From Vulcanimicrobiota bacterium (lineage in GTDB: Bacteria > Vulcanimicrobiota > Xenobia > Xenobiales > JADMJV01), in the NCBI GenBank assembly GCA_050250895.1, contig JBFWNU010000001.1, forward strand, positions 1,032,008 through 1,096,007: a stretch of DNA of 64,000 nt. The letters are read 5' to 3'. This document shows positions 28,974 through 38,792 of this stretch, piece by piece. Position 1 is the first letter of the stretch, and every line of letters begins with the position of its first letter. The notes below the pieces were generated by a model. That model did not search any database. It saw nothing but the letters and a program-made list of their open reading frames with translations, and was not told the DNA's origin. The translations under genes were made by a program, and so were the position numbers.

Positions 28974-29388
28974 GGCTTTACTCCCTTATAGAGTTTAATA
29001 TCGTGCCTGGAAGAGCCGAGTCGTCTCGAAGATTACGCTGAGCATCTAATGTTACCTCAAACGCGCCTTTCGATGGCCTCGACCACCCCAGAACACTTTC
29101 CACAAAACGAGAATGAATTTCATCCTCGCCAAAGTAGACCTTATTTATAATCTCCGAACCGGAGAAGGTCAAGTGCGAAACAATGTTCGCGTATATGTTT
29201 ACGCCCCACGCGGTCTTCCCTTCTGTGGAGACGAATTTTTTTCACTTTTCCCCCGATAGCGCCGAAGTTTCGACGACTATCTTGGGCGTTCCTTCTTGAC
29301 CCAAGGATTGAATATTCCCGTGCCCACAACGTTTGGCCGAGAACATCGAAATTATTATCGAACAGCTCTTCCCCAGAAAGCTCAGAAG

Positions 29389-30523
29389 CTAATCATCCAT
29401 GTCGGCGCCACCCGGCTGGGGCTCGCGACCGAGTCTGGCGCAGGCCTCGAGGAAAGCCCGCATGAAAGGGTTGAGGTCTCCGTCGAGAACGGCCTGGACG
29501 TTGGACTCCTCTACTCCCGTGCGGCGATCCTTCACTACACTATAAGGATGGAGCACATAGTTCCTGATCTGATGACCCCAGGCGGCATCGGTGTTCTCGC
29601 CCCTGAGATCGGCCAGCCTTTCCGTGCGCGATTGCTGCTCGAGTTCAAACAGCCTGGCTTTGAGAATCCGCATGGCCGTGTCGCGGTTGGCATGCTGAGA
29701 ACGCTCGTTTTGGCAGGCGACCACCAGACCGGTGGGCAGATGGGTGAGCCTCACCGCCGAGTCGGTCTTGTTGACATGCTGTCCCCCCGCCCCAGACGAG
29801 CGAAAAGTGTCCACCCTGAGGTCTTCGGCCCGCACCTCGACCTCTTTGGCCTCTTCAATCTCGGGCACGATATCCACTTTGGCAAAGGAGGTGTGACGCC
29901 GTCGGGCCTGGTCAAACGGAGAGATCCGCACCAGGCGATGAACCCCGCGCTCGGAACGAAGGCGTCCATAAGCCTGAGGCCCCGTGATAAACACGGTCGC
30001 CGAATGGATGCCGGCCTCGGCGGGAGACGAATCGGCCAGTTCCACCTTGAAACCCTCCGCCTCCCCCCAGCGCAGATACATGCGCAAGAGGATCTGAGCC
30101 CAATCCTGGGCATCGGTCCCTCCCGAGCCGGCATGAATGGTCAAGATGGCCGGAGATTCGTCGAACTCGCCCGACAGCAGAGCGGTGGTCTCGGCCCTCT
30201 CGAGCTCTCTTTCGAGGCGCGCCGAGGTCTGTTCGACCTCAGCCATCTCCTCGGCCTTGTCTTCGTCGGCCAGATCGAGATAGACCTCGAGTTCCTGAAT
30301 GCGCTCGGAAAGCGAGTTCCAGGTCTCGACGCGCCCTTTGTGACGTCCGAGTTCAGAGACCAGACGACGACCCTTTTCGGGATCATCCCAGGCATCGGGA
30401 GCCGATAGCCGGCTTTCTAGCTCGTCTACCTTCTGTTGACTGAGTTCCAGGTCAAAGATATTCGCGCATCCGGGACATGCGGGCGCGAAATTCCTCCAAC
30501 CGACCTTCGTACTGACTGAGCAC
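29389..30523 (-). CDS. prfB: Peptide chain release factor 2 with programmed +1 frameshift
   Basis: GTG 30523, 23 codons to TAT CTT TGA C (CTT 30457-30455); +1 frame continues DLELSQQK..WDDP into the ORF carrying SPF and GGQ; directly after secA. Confidence 0.95.
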
Positions 30524-30555
30524 GATTTCCCTCCTAAGAGCCAGGCCTTGAGATC

Positions 30556-33159
30556 CTATCCCTCATCGGGATAGTGACACTTCTTCCACTTCTTGCCACT
30601 GCCGCACCAGCACGGATCGTTGCGACCAATCTTCTTGCTGACCCGGCGGAAGGTGTTGCCCCGGCCCGAGTCGTCGCGATTGGTGCCAGTGACCCGCACC
30701 GACCGTTCTGCCTGCACTTCCTGGTCCGACTTGACCTCGAGCTTGAAGAGGTAGCGGACAGTGTCTTCCAGGATGCGATGCTTGAGGGCCTCGAACATCT
30801 CGAAGGCTTCTTTGATAAACTCGAGCTGCGGGTCCTTCTGACCGTAGCCGCGCAGCCCGATACCCTCCTTGAGCCGGTCGATGGACTGAAGGTGGTCGAT
30901 CCACTTCTGGTCCAGTGTCTGCAACAAGCACCACTTTTCGAAGGCGCGGGTCGTCTCTTCGCCGAGGGCCTCTTCCTTGGCATCGTAATAGTCCCGAGCC
31001 CAGCGGCACATCAGGTCGACCATTTGTTCCCGCGTCTGACAGCCTTCCAGTTCCTCGAAGGTGGCTTCTTCGGGCAGGTTCAAGACCTCGATAGCGTCAT
31101 CCCACAGCCCGTCGATATCCCACTGGTCCGGTGGCAACTCGGAGGAACAGTTGGCCCGCGCCCAAGCTTCTACCAGGGTCCGCACGAAGTCGTAAATGTG
31201 GGGCTTGAGTTCCTCGCCGGCCAGGATACGGTCGCGCTCCTCATAGATGATGCGGCGCTGCTCGTTCATGGTGTCGTCGTAACGCAAGACGCTCTTGCGA
31301 ATATCGAAGTGGTGTCCTTCGACCTTCATCTGGGCGTTCTCGATGCCCTTGGTGACCATCTTGCTCTCGATGGGAACGTCGTCTTCGACCTTGAGCCACT
31401 CCATGGCGTTCTTGATCCGCTCCGAGCCGAACAGGCGCATCAATTCGTCGTCGAGCCCCACGTAAAAACGAGAAGAGCCCGGGTCGCCCTGACGGCCGGA
31501 ACGTCCACGGAGCTGGTTGTCGATGCGGCGGGATTCGTGACGCTCAGTGCCGATGATACACAGGCCGCCGGCCTCTTTTACCCGCTTGGAGTCCTCGGGG
31601 TTGGGGGGGTTACCCCCCAGCACGATGTCCACCCCGCGGCCGGCCATGTTGGTGGCGATGGTGACGGCCCCAGGGCGCCCGGCTTGAGCGATGATCTCGG
31701 CCTCGCGCTCGTGGTGCTTGGCGTTGAGGACCTCGTGCTTGATTCCCTTGCGGGTGAGGTAGGCCGACAGCTTCTCGGACTGCTCGATGGAACGAGTACC
31801 CACCAACACCGGGCGCCCGGCCTGATGATTCTCGATGATGTCACCAAGAACGGCCTCGAACTTGCATTTCTCGTCTTTGTAGATCAGGTCCGGATAGTCA
31901 ATACGAGCGATCGGCTTGTTGGTCGGAATGACGACCACGTCGACGCCGTAGATCTCGCGAAACTCGCGCTCTTCGGTGGCGGCGGTTCCGGTCATTCCGG
32001 CCAGCTTGGTGTACATCTTGAAATAGTTCTGGAACGTGATCGAAGCCAGAGTCTGGTCCTCGGAGCGAATCTTGACGTTCTCTTTGGCCTCGATGGCCTG
32101 ATGCAGACCGTCGGAATACCGGCGCCCGAACATCAAACGGCCGGTGAACTCGTCGACGATGACGATCTCGCTGTCTTTCACCACGTACTCGATGTCGTTG
32201 CGATAGCACTCCTTGGCCCGCAAAGCGTTGGCGATGTGGTGAGCGGCGTCGGAATTCTCGTAGTCGAAGAGATTCTCGATACCCAGCAGCTCTTCCACCC
32301 GCTCGGTGCCCTCCTCGGTGAGAGGGACCGACTTGGATTTCTCCTCGACCGTATAGTCCTCATCTCTTTTGAGAGTCTCGACCAGCTTGGAATATTTGCG
32401 ATAATCGTCGGTGGACTTTTCGCCGCGCCCGGAGATGATCAAAGGGGTGCGGGCCTCGTCGATGAGAATCGAGTCGACCTCGTCGACGATGGTGTAGTGA
32501 TGACCTCGCTGCACCTTGTCTTCGAGATTCCAGACCATGTTGTCGCGCAGGTAGTCGAATCCGAACTCGTTATTGGTGCCGTAGGTGATGTCGGCCCCGT
32601 AGGCCTCGCGCCGGTGCACCGGCCGAACCGGATCGAGCTTGCCGCCCTGGGTGTCGATGCTCGGATCGAACAGGTAGGCCGTATCGTGGTTGATGATGCC
32701 CACCGACATGCCCAGGGCGTGATAGATGGGACCCATCCACATCGCGTCGCGCTTGGCCAGATAATCGTTGACGGTGATCAGGTGCGCGCCTTTGCCCTCG
32801 AGAGCGTTGAGGTACATCGCGCTGGTGGCCACCAATGTCTTACCTTCGCCGGTCTTCATTTCGGCGATGCGGCCCTGGTGGAGAACCAGTCCGCCCACCA
32901 GCTGCACGTCGTAGTGGCGCATTCCCATCACGCGACGACCGGTCTCGCGCACGGTGGCAAAGGCCTCGGGCTGGATGTCGTCGAGGGTCTCGCCTTTGGC
33001 CAATCGGTCTTTGAATTCTTGCGTCTTGGCCCGCAAGGCCTCGTCGTCGAGCGCCTTGAACTTCTCCTCGAGCGCGTTGACGTCATCTACCATACGGCGT
33101 AGCTTTTTCACTTCACGTTCATTGGCGTCGAAGAGATTCTTGATCAATGTTGCTAACAT
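30556..33159 (-). CDS. secA: Preprotein translocase ATPase SecA
   Basis: MKTGEGKT, DEVDSILIDEARTP, QLRGRSGRQGDPG, C-terminal GRNDPCWCGSGKKWKKCH. Confidence 0.99.
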   Translation of the reverse strand: MLATLIKNLFDANEREVKKLRRMVDDVNALEEKFKALDDEALRAKTQEFKDRLAKGETLDDIQPEAFATVRETGRRVMGMRHYDVQLVGGLVLHQGRIAEMKTGEGKTLVATSAMYLNALEGKGAHLITVNDYLAKRDAMWMGPIYHALGMSVGIINHDTAYLFDPSIDTQGGKLDPVRPVHRREAYGADITYGTNNEFGFDYLRDNMVWNLEDKVQRGHHYTIVDEVDSILIDEARTPLIISGRGEKSTDDYRKYSKLVETLKRDEDYTVEEKSKSVPLTEEGTERVEELLGIENLFDYENSDAAHHIANALRAKECYRNDIEYVVKDSEIVIVDEFTGRLMFGRRYSDGLHQAIEAKENVKIRSEDQTLASITFQNYFKMYTKLAGMTGTAATEEREFREIYGVDVVVIPTNKPIARIDYPDLIYKDEKCKFEAVLGDIIENHQAGRPVLVGTRSIEQSEKLSAYLTRKGIKHEVLNAKHHEREAEIIAQAGRPGAVTIATNMAGRGVDIVLGGNPPNPEDSKRVKEAGGLCIIGTERHESRRIDNQLRGRSGRQGDPGSSRFYVGLDDELMRLFGSERIKNAMEWLKVEDDVPIESKMVTKGIENAQMKVEGHHFDIRKSVLRYDDTMNEQRRIIYEERDRILAGEELKPHIYDFVRTLVEAWARANCSSELPPDQWDIDGLWDDAIEVLNLPEEATFEELEGCQTREQMVDLMCRWARDYYDAKEEALGEETTRAFEKWCLLQTLDQKWIDHLQSIDRLKEGIGLRGYGQKDPQLEFIKEAFEMFEALKHRILEDTVRYLFKLEVKSDQEVQAERSVRVTGTNRDDSGRGNTFRRVSKKIGRNDPCWCGSGKKWKKCHYPDEG

Positions 33160-33266
33160 GTGGTCACCTGTTTTCGAGACCTTATACCACAGATCCCCAG
33201 CTATGCCAACCTAAAAGAAGCGCACCGATTGGCCCTCGGTGCTGTCGGGGGGGTCAGACCGCCTGG

Positions 33267-34763
33267 TCAGGGCCGGACGGCCAACCCGAAAGGACTCGAA
33301 TTTGGCATAGGGTCGGTGGTGTGCTCGAGGGCTCCGGTGGCAGCGTTGATGGTCACCACCGTGCCCGAATCTTTGCAGGTCACGAAAGCCTTGCTGCTGT
33401 CGAGGGCTACAGCCACCCCCAGCGGACCTTTACTGACCGGGATGCTGGCCAGCACCTGGTGCGAGCGCCCGTCGATGATACTGACCGAGTTGCTGCCCTT
33501 GTTGGTCACGAAAATGCGGGCTCCGTTGGGCGCGACGGCCACTTTTTGTGGGTTAACCCCCACCCCGATGTCGCCGGCCGCAGTCAGGCTCCAGGCATCG
33601 AGCACCGTCAGGGTGCCCGAACTGGCGTTGGGAACATAAAGAAATCGACCATCGGGCGAGATGGCCACTCCGGTCGGGTTGGCTCCCACCTGAGCCGTGC
33701 CCAGGGCCTGGCCCGAATAGACGTCGATCATGGTGACCTCGCCCGACTGAAGCGTGCCGGTGACCACATACATACGGTCACCCTGAGGATTCATCACCAC
33801 CGCCCGGGGCTGACTGCCGCCGGGGGCCTGGACAGGAATGAAGGCTTGGGGGGTATGGGTTCGCGTCTCGATCATCATGACGCCGGGGGTGGCGGCCATG
33901 ATGGGGGCCAGAACGTATTCGCCGTTCGGCGAAAGCTGCAAGTCGGTGATGACCCCGCGCGCCGGAATATTGCTGATCAGACGGTTCTCATGAGCGGCAT
34001 CAAAGACCTGAATCTGTTTGTTGCTGTTGCTCACATATAAGATAGTGCCCGGCTTGTTGAAGCAAACCCAGAACGGAGAGCTGGTCAGATTGTGAAAACC
34101 GGTGCTGGTAGGGTTGTTGGGGGGCAAAATCATCAGGCTGTTGGGGGCGAAATTGGTGGGGTTCCACTCGTAGGTGCCCGGCATCCGCTGGGCCGGTGGA
34201 CCGTTGGTCTCGAGCGCCAGCGGGTCAGCCCCGGCCGCAATGGCTGAGCGATAGACGTGAGGGTTCTTGGGCATGCCGCTGCGGGTGCCCACCTCGGCCT
34301 GGTTGACCTGGCGCCCGGCAAAAGCCACATAGAGCGTGCCGGGACCGGTGGGGGTATCCCCAACCATCTGGGTGCCGGCCGGATTCATTACCAGTCGAAC
34401 GTTCTCGGCAAAAGTCCCGTTGGTTACGTTCACCTTTTTGGTGACGGTACCCCAGCCGTCCTTGCTGCAGACGATGGTGCACTCCCCCTCGGGCGCCCCT
34501 TCGAAATAAAACATCCCGCGTTCGGTGGTGGTGGTGACCCAATCGGTCCCCTGAATGCGCACCTCGACCCCAACCACAGGGTCGTAGCCTCCGGTCATCT
34601 GGGTATTGTTCTTGGTGGCCGTGGTATAAATCAGTCCGGCCAGGTTGATCTGCTTGGTGGATTTCTTTTTCTCGTCTTCCTTCTTCTTCTTGGCCAGGGC
34701 CGCAGGGGCCAGGGCCAGCACCAAGAGCAGGGTCAATATCAGTCCTAGGCGACTTTTGCGCAT
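33267..34763 (-). CDS. Exported YVTN-type beta-propeller protein with an N-terminal carboxypeptidase-regulatory-like domain
   Basis: Signal peptide; repeats VGANPTGVAISPDGRFLYV and FVTNKGSNSVSIID. Confidence 0.85.
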   Translation of the reverse strand: MRKSRLGLILTLLLVLALAPAALAKKKKEDEKKKSTKQINLAGLIYTTATKNNTQMTGGYDPVVGVEVRIQGTDWVTTTTERGMFYFEGAPEGECTIVCSKDGWGTVTKKVNVTNGTFAENVRLVMNPAGTQMVGDTPTGPGTLYVAFAGRQVNQAEVGTRSGMPKNPHVYRSAIAAGADPLALETNGPPAQRMPGTYEWNPTNFAPNSLMILPPNNPTSTGFHNLTSSPFWVCFNKPGTILYVSNSNKQIQVFDAAHENRLISNIPARGVITDLQLSPNGEYVLAPIMAATPGVMMIETRTHTPQAFIPVQAPGGSQPRAVVMNPQGDRMYVVTGTLQSGEVTMIDVYSGQALGTAQVGANPTGVAISPDGRFLYVPNASSGTLTVLDAWSLTAAGDIGVGVNPQKVAVAPNGARIFVTNKGSNSVSIIDGRSHQVLASIPVSKGPLGVAVALDSSKAFVTCKDSGTVVTINAATGALEHTTDPMPNSSPFGLAVRP

Positions 34764-34767
34764 TCGC

Positions 34768-35172
34768 TCACTCCTTCGCAACGGGCTTCTCCAAAAACTC
34801 CTCTGCCATCACCACCGCCGCGTAGTCGTCGTATGGCCCCGGCGGTATCTGAAGGCCCAGGGGAACCAGCCTCCAAAAGCCCCGCGGAGGATGGTCCTGA
34901 AAGTATCGATAGCGGGCTCGCTCGGTGGTGTGCCGCTCGTCGACAATGGTGGGCTTAATCTCTAATTCGTTCTTTAACCGGCCCACCACCTCTTTGCTGC
35001 CTGTGCTGCCCCCCACCAGCACCGTGTCTACCGAGTGCTGCTGGGTCCACTGTCGCACGCGCTCGATCAGTTCTTCCGTGGCCACGACTTCGCGCTGGAT
35101 CACACCCTGGCTTCGGCTGACTACGGCCAGACCACACTTGCGCTTGCCGGGATCGACGGCCAGTACCGTCAA
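34768..35172 (-). CDS. yqgF: YqgF/RuvX family nuclease
   Basis: VLAVDPGKRKCGLA, VDERHTT, DDYAAVVMA. Confidence 0.88.
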   Translation of the reverse strand: MTVLAVDPGKRKCGLAVVSRSQGVIQREVVATEELIERVRQWTQQHSVDTVLVGGSTGSKEVVGRLKNELEIKPTIVDERHTTERARYRYFQDHPPRGFWRLVPLGLQIPPGPYDDYAAVVMAEEFLEKPVAKE

Positions 35173-36134
35173 CGATGCAACCCCGAGGCAGCCAGGTCGG
35201 CCGGCAGCACCTCGATGCGAACGTCGAGGGTGCTACTTTCATAAAGATCGCGATTAGCGATAGCCACCAGGCGCGAAGGCCCTTGTCGGGACTCGATCTT
35301 GTTACTGATGGCCAGCAACTGTTCGTTGGTCAACCCGCCGCCCAGGCTATCGTTCATCTCGAGCATGCCTTTGCGCAAAGCATTGTAGCGCAGCCGGTCA
35401 AGAAACTCATACCAGTTGACCAGCGACTGGCCCGGCTCGACCTCGAGCTCGCAGACCACTTCGCCCTCGGAAAACACTTTCTTGACAGGGAACGGCTCGA
35501 CCGAGACGGGGACCTGGTCGCGGTAGAGGCAGTTCTTGCCCACCACCAGCCAGACGCCAACCGTCTCCTCGCCATCCGACAGCTCGGTAACCCAACGCTG
35601 AAAGTCGTCAAGCTCATACTCTACTAAAACCGACCCGGTCTCGAGAGGTTCCTCTCGACGGGTGGTTGCGATGCGATTGTTCTTGATCAGGCTGAGCATG
35701 TTGGCCGTGACCAGCATCGAACGCATGTTGCGGGCCACCACCTCGGGCTCGGAATGGGCCGGCACGGTCCCCAGCGCGATGCGCTCGCCATAGTTCCAAA
35801 CGATGGTCCCCTTTTGCACCTCGCGCTGCAAAGCCAGAACCTCACTGTTGAGTTGACGCTCGCGCTCGCGCAGCAGATTGATTCGATTGTTCGTTTCGAA
35901 CACCAAATCGCGGATATCCTGAGAGGCCACAATGGCTAGACTCAGGGTCAATAGCGCGATGAGGATGCCAGTCAGAGTAGTGATGAAGATCGAGGTGTGG
36001 CGCGGGCGCATGCCAAACACGCTCATTTTTCGGCGGCCAATGCGGCGGCCGAGCTGATTTCCGAGCATGGCGATGCCACCAGAAACCAGCGCTACCAGAA
36101 GATATATGCCGACCACCCGAAGAACGGAACCCAC
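35169..36134 (-). CDS. DUF3084-domain membrane protein
   Basis: GGIAMLGNQLGRRIGRRKMSVFGMRPRHTS signature. Confidence 0.88.
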   Translation of the reverse strand: MGSVLRVVGIYLLVALVSGGIAMLGNQLGRRIGRRKMSVFGMRPRHTSIFITTLTGILIALLTLSLAIVASQDIRDLVFETNNRINLLRERERQLNSEVLALQREVQKGTIVWNYGERIALGTVPAHSEPEVVARNMRSMLVTANMLSLIKNNRIATTRREEPLETGSVLVEYELDDFQRWVTELSDGEETVGVWLVVGKNCLYRDQVPVSVEPFPVKKVFSEGEVVCELEVEPGQSLVNWYEFLDRLRYNALRKGMLEMNDSLGGGLTNEQLLAISNKIESRQGPSRLVAIANRDLYESSTLDVRIEVLPADLAASGLHR

Positions 36135-36190
36135 GGGATTTAGTGCACCTCATCCAGGGCCGATTGCGAGGTCATGATACCACAGCCGCG

Positions 36191-37315
36191 TTATCGGCGG
36201 GAAGCATCTAACAAAAGGCCGATTCCCATCACTCCGAATACCAGGTTGGGCAGCCAGGCACCCGCTTGGGGGTCGAGACTGCCGGACTCGCCCAGTACCA
36301 TTCCCATCGTCATTAGCACGTAGTAGACCAGAATGAACAGCAGGGACAGGCCCAGGCCCATGGAGCGGCTGGCCCGGTGGGGGCGCACCCCGAGCGGGAT
36401 CGCGAAGGCGCCGAAGATCAGAGGAGTCCAGGGAAGGGCCGCCTTCTGGTGCAGCATCACGCGAAAGCGGTTGCGCTGGCGTACAGCTTTGTCGTCTTCG
36501 TGCTGGGGGGCCGGCAGCATCTTGAGACTCTGACGCAACTCTGCCTGACTGAGTTCTTCGGGCCGAAACTCGCGTTTGTTCAACTCATCGGGGGCGGGAG
36601 GCGATTCATCCGGGGACAGGGCTGTCCAGCCCTCCTCGCTAACCGCCTCCATGATCGGTTCCTGCCAACGATCGTATTCCACCGTGCGCATGTGGTGAAG
36701 CACCCAGACCTGACCGTCCCAACGAGCTTTCTCGGCATAAATCTCGCGGCGTCGCATGCTCTCGTAGAAATAGTGGATGAAGACACCCTGCATGGTCTGC
36801 TCTTCCAGGTTGATCTTGTGGGCGTAGACCATTTGCTCCATGCCGTTCTTCATCGGTTTGGGGGCGGTCAGAAGAGCTTGTCGGAAGGTGTCTTCGTTGG
36901 TCTGGGTCGAGAGCAAGATATCAAAAGCCCGCTTCATCCGATCGGGCACGATCTGTTCGTTGAGCCAGTGGGAGAAGAGGCTCACCGCCAGGCAGAACCC
37001 CAGGGCCGGCAGGGCGATGCGCACAAAGCTGATGCCTGAGGCTTTGAGAGCCGTCAGTTCCGACTCGCCCGACAGACGTCCGAAGGCCAACAGGCAGCTC
37101 AACAGCACCGCCATCGGGAAAGTAAAGACCAGTACCTGAGGCAGTCGACAAAGCAGATACTCCATGACCAGCTCCAAGCCGGCCTTGGATTCCGCCACCA
37201 TGCGGGCCACTCCCATCAGGGTCTCGACCGAAAAGAACAAGATCGTGAAGGCTCCCAGGCCGAACAGAAAAGGCCCCAGCAGCTCCCGGACGATATAGCG
37301 GTCGAGAATCTTCAC
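36191..37315 (-). CDS. LPS export ABC permease, LptF/LptG family
   Basis: [30 protein letters not shown]. Confidence 0.93.
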   Translation of the reverse strand: MKILDRYIVRELLGPFLFGLGAFTILFFSVETLMGVARMVAESKAGLELVMEYLLCRLPQVLVFTFPMAVLLSCLLAFGRLSGESELTALKASGISFVRIALPALGFCLAVSLFSHWLNEQIVPDRMKRAFDILLSTQTNEDTFRQALLTAPKPMKNGMEQMVYAHKINLEEQTMQGVFIHYFYESMRRREIYAEKARWDGQVWVLHHMRTVEYDRWQEPIMEAVSEEGWTALSPDESPPAPDELNKREFRPEELSQAELRQSLKMLPAPQHEDDKAVRQRNRFRVMLHQKAALPWTPLIFGAFAIPLGVRPHRASRSMGLGLSLLFILVYYVLMTMGMVLGESGSLDPQAGAWLPNLVFGVMGIGLLLDASRR

Positions 37316-38115
37316 GAAACCGTCTCGGTAACCGCCTCGGCCACTGCCTCTGGCTTTGAGACCACTTCGGGGGCCGGCTCGTTGGCCGACTCGAATCCGG
37401 TCTGAAACTTCTCCCCCAGGTAGTATTTGCGGGCCAGACGACTGTCCGCGATGATCTTGGGCTCGCCCGCCACCAGAATCTGTCCCTCGCGGATGATGTA
37501 GGCCCGGTCGGTGATGGCTAGCGTCTCGCGCACATTGTGGTCGGTGATGAGCACGCCGATGCCGCGCTCGCGCAGTCGCCCGATAATCTCCTGAATTTCG
37601 GCCACGGCGATGGGGTCGACTCCGGTAAAAGGCTCGTCGAGCAAGAGAAACTTGGGTTCGAGGGCCAGGCTGCGGGCGATCTCTACGCGGCGGCGCTCGC
37701 CACCTGAGAGTTCACAGCCCTTGCTCTTGCGCACACGGTCGAGGGCAAACTCGTCGAGTAGCCGGGCCAGACGCTCTTTCTGCTCGCTGCGGCCGACTCT
37801 GTTGAGTTGCCACACCAGGCGCAGGTTGTCTTCCACGCTCAAGGCTCGAAAAACCGAGGCTTCTTGCGCCAGATAGGAAACGCCCAGCCGAGCGCGTTTG
37901 TGCATCGGATAACGGGCCATGTTCTTGCCGCCCAGCAGGATCGAGCCTCCGTCGGGCTTGACCAATCCCACCACCATAGAAAAGGTGGTGGTCTTGCCGG
38001 CGCCGTTGGAACCGAGCAGTCCGACCACTTCGCCCTGCGACACCTCAAGGCTGACCCCGTCGACGACGCGGCGGCGGCCGTAGCTCTTGACGAGGTCTTG
38101 AACCTCGATTTTCAT
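37312..38115 (-). CDS. lptB: LPS export ABC ATPase
   Basis: [45 protein letters not shown]. Confidence 0.96.
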   Translation of the reverse strand: MKIEVQDLVKSYGRRRVVDGVSLEVSQGEVVGLLGSNGAGKTTTFSMVVGLVKPDGGSILLGGKNMARYPMHKRARLGVSYLAQEASVFRALSVEDNLRLVWQLNRVGRSEQKERLARLLDEFALDRVRKSKGCELSGGERRRVEIARSLALEPKFLLLDEPFTGVDPIAVAEIQEIIGRLRERGIGVLITDHNVRETLAITDRAYIIREGQILVAGEPKIIADSRLARKYYLGEKFQTGFESANEPAPEVVSKPEAVAEAVTETVS

Positions 38116-38693
38116 CGCTCGTCTCCTTCGTTACCCCTCTGGAACACGGTCCGAGCCCGAACGTTTCCCTCGAGTTCGACATGTTCGAGATGGGCGGTCG
38201 CCTCCATGGTGTCCCCGACCACGGTGGAGAACCCTTTGATCCAACGCACTCCCTCTGTACCGTAGAACATCTTCTTCTTGCCATCCCAGAGCAGATGGTT
38301 AACTTTCAGCAAATCTCCGTGTTCCACCCGGGTGGCCACCGTCTGCCCAAAAAATTCGACCGTCTCGGTCTCGAGGTCAAACTCGGCCGAAGGCGCCTTG
38401 ACGTTCACGGCTGGCTGCTCTTTCTCGTCGAGCAGATCCCAATCGACGTCGTAGGCCTTGGCCTTGCGCCGACCCTCGAACCAGTCGATCTTGGTGGCAT
38501 CCAGGGCCCAACGCTCGCCCTTCTTGGTGCGCACGGTGGTCTTGGCCAGATTGATGTCTTTATTCACGTCAGGGGTGGGCGAACTGGCCTCCGGCGCAGG
38601 GCTGGCCACGGCTTGTTCGGCGGGCTCCGGGGTAGGCTCGGAGGCGCAACCCACCCAAAGAAAACACAGCCAGCATAGCAGAACCAGACGCAT
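38112..38693 (-). CDS. lptC: LptC-like periplasmic beta-jellyroll lipoprotein
   Basis: Lipobox-like VGC, beta-rich domain, coupled to lptB. Confidence 0.7.
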   Translation of the reverse strand: MRLVLLCWLCFLWVGCASEPTPEPAEQAVASPAPEASSPTPDVNKDINLAKTTVRTKKGERWALDATKIDWFEGRRKAKAYDVDWDLLDEKEQPAVNVKAPSAEFDLETETVEFFGQTVATRVEHGDLLKVNHLLWDGKKKMFYGTEGVRWIKGFSTVVGDTMEATAHLEHVELEGNVRARTVFQRGNEGDER

Positions 38694-38792
38694 AGCCTTT
38701 TCCATTCTGGGAAAGAACACGCAATTCCTTACCCGGAGCGACACACAAGAAAACGGCAGGTGCCCGGGAGTTGGTCCGGAATTTGCCCCAGA

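Noticed and set aside
29176-29189. LexA (Cheo) box-like CGAAACAATGTTCG upstream of SLH-porin 2
   Set aside because: Mismatch in the GAAC core and no SOS gene context
28980-29380. Riboswitch in the long region upstream of SLH-porin 2
   Set aside because: Hairpins exist (GACCTT/AAGGTC, TCTCCG/CGGAGA) but no aptamer consensus I can recognise; structured leaders are common for abundant surface proteins
29389-30523. prfB as a pseudogene or truncated gene
   Set aside because: The break is the canonical CTT TGA C programmed frameshift
30574-33102. 842-aa ORF antisense to secA (likewise 10459..12387, 26676..28700, 24078..25724, 17288..18865, 45477..46823)
   Set aside because: Shadow ORFs opposite well-supported genes, expected from high-GC codon bias; no recognisable motifs
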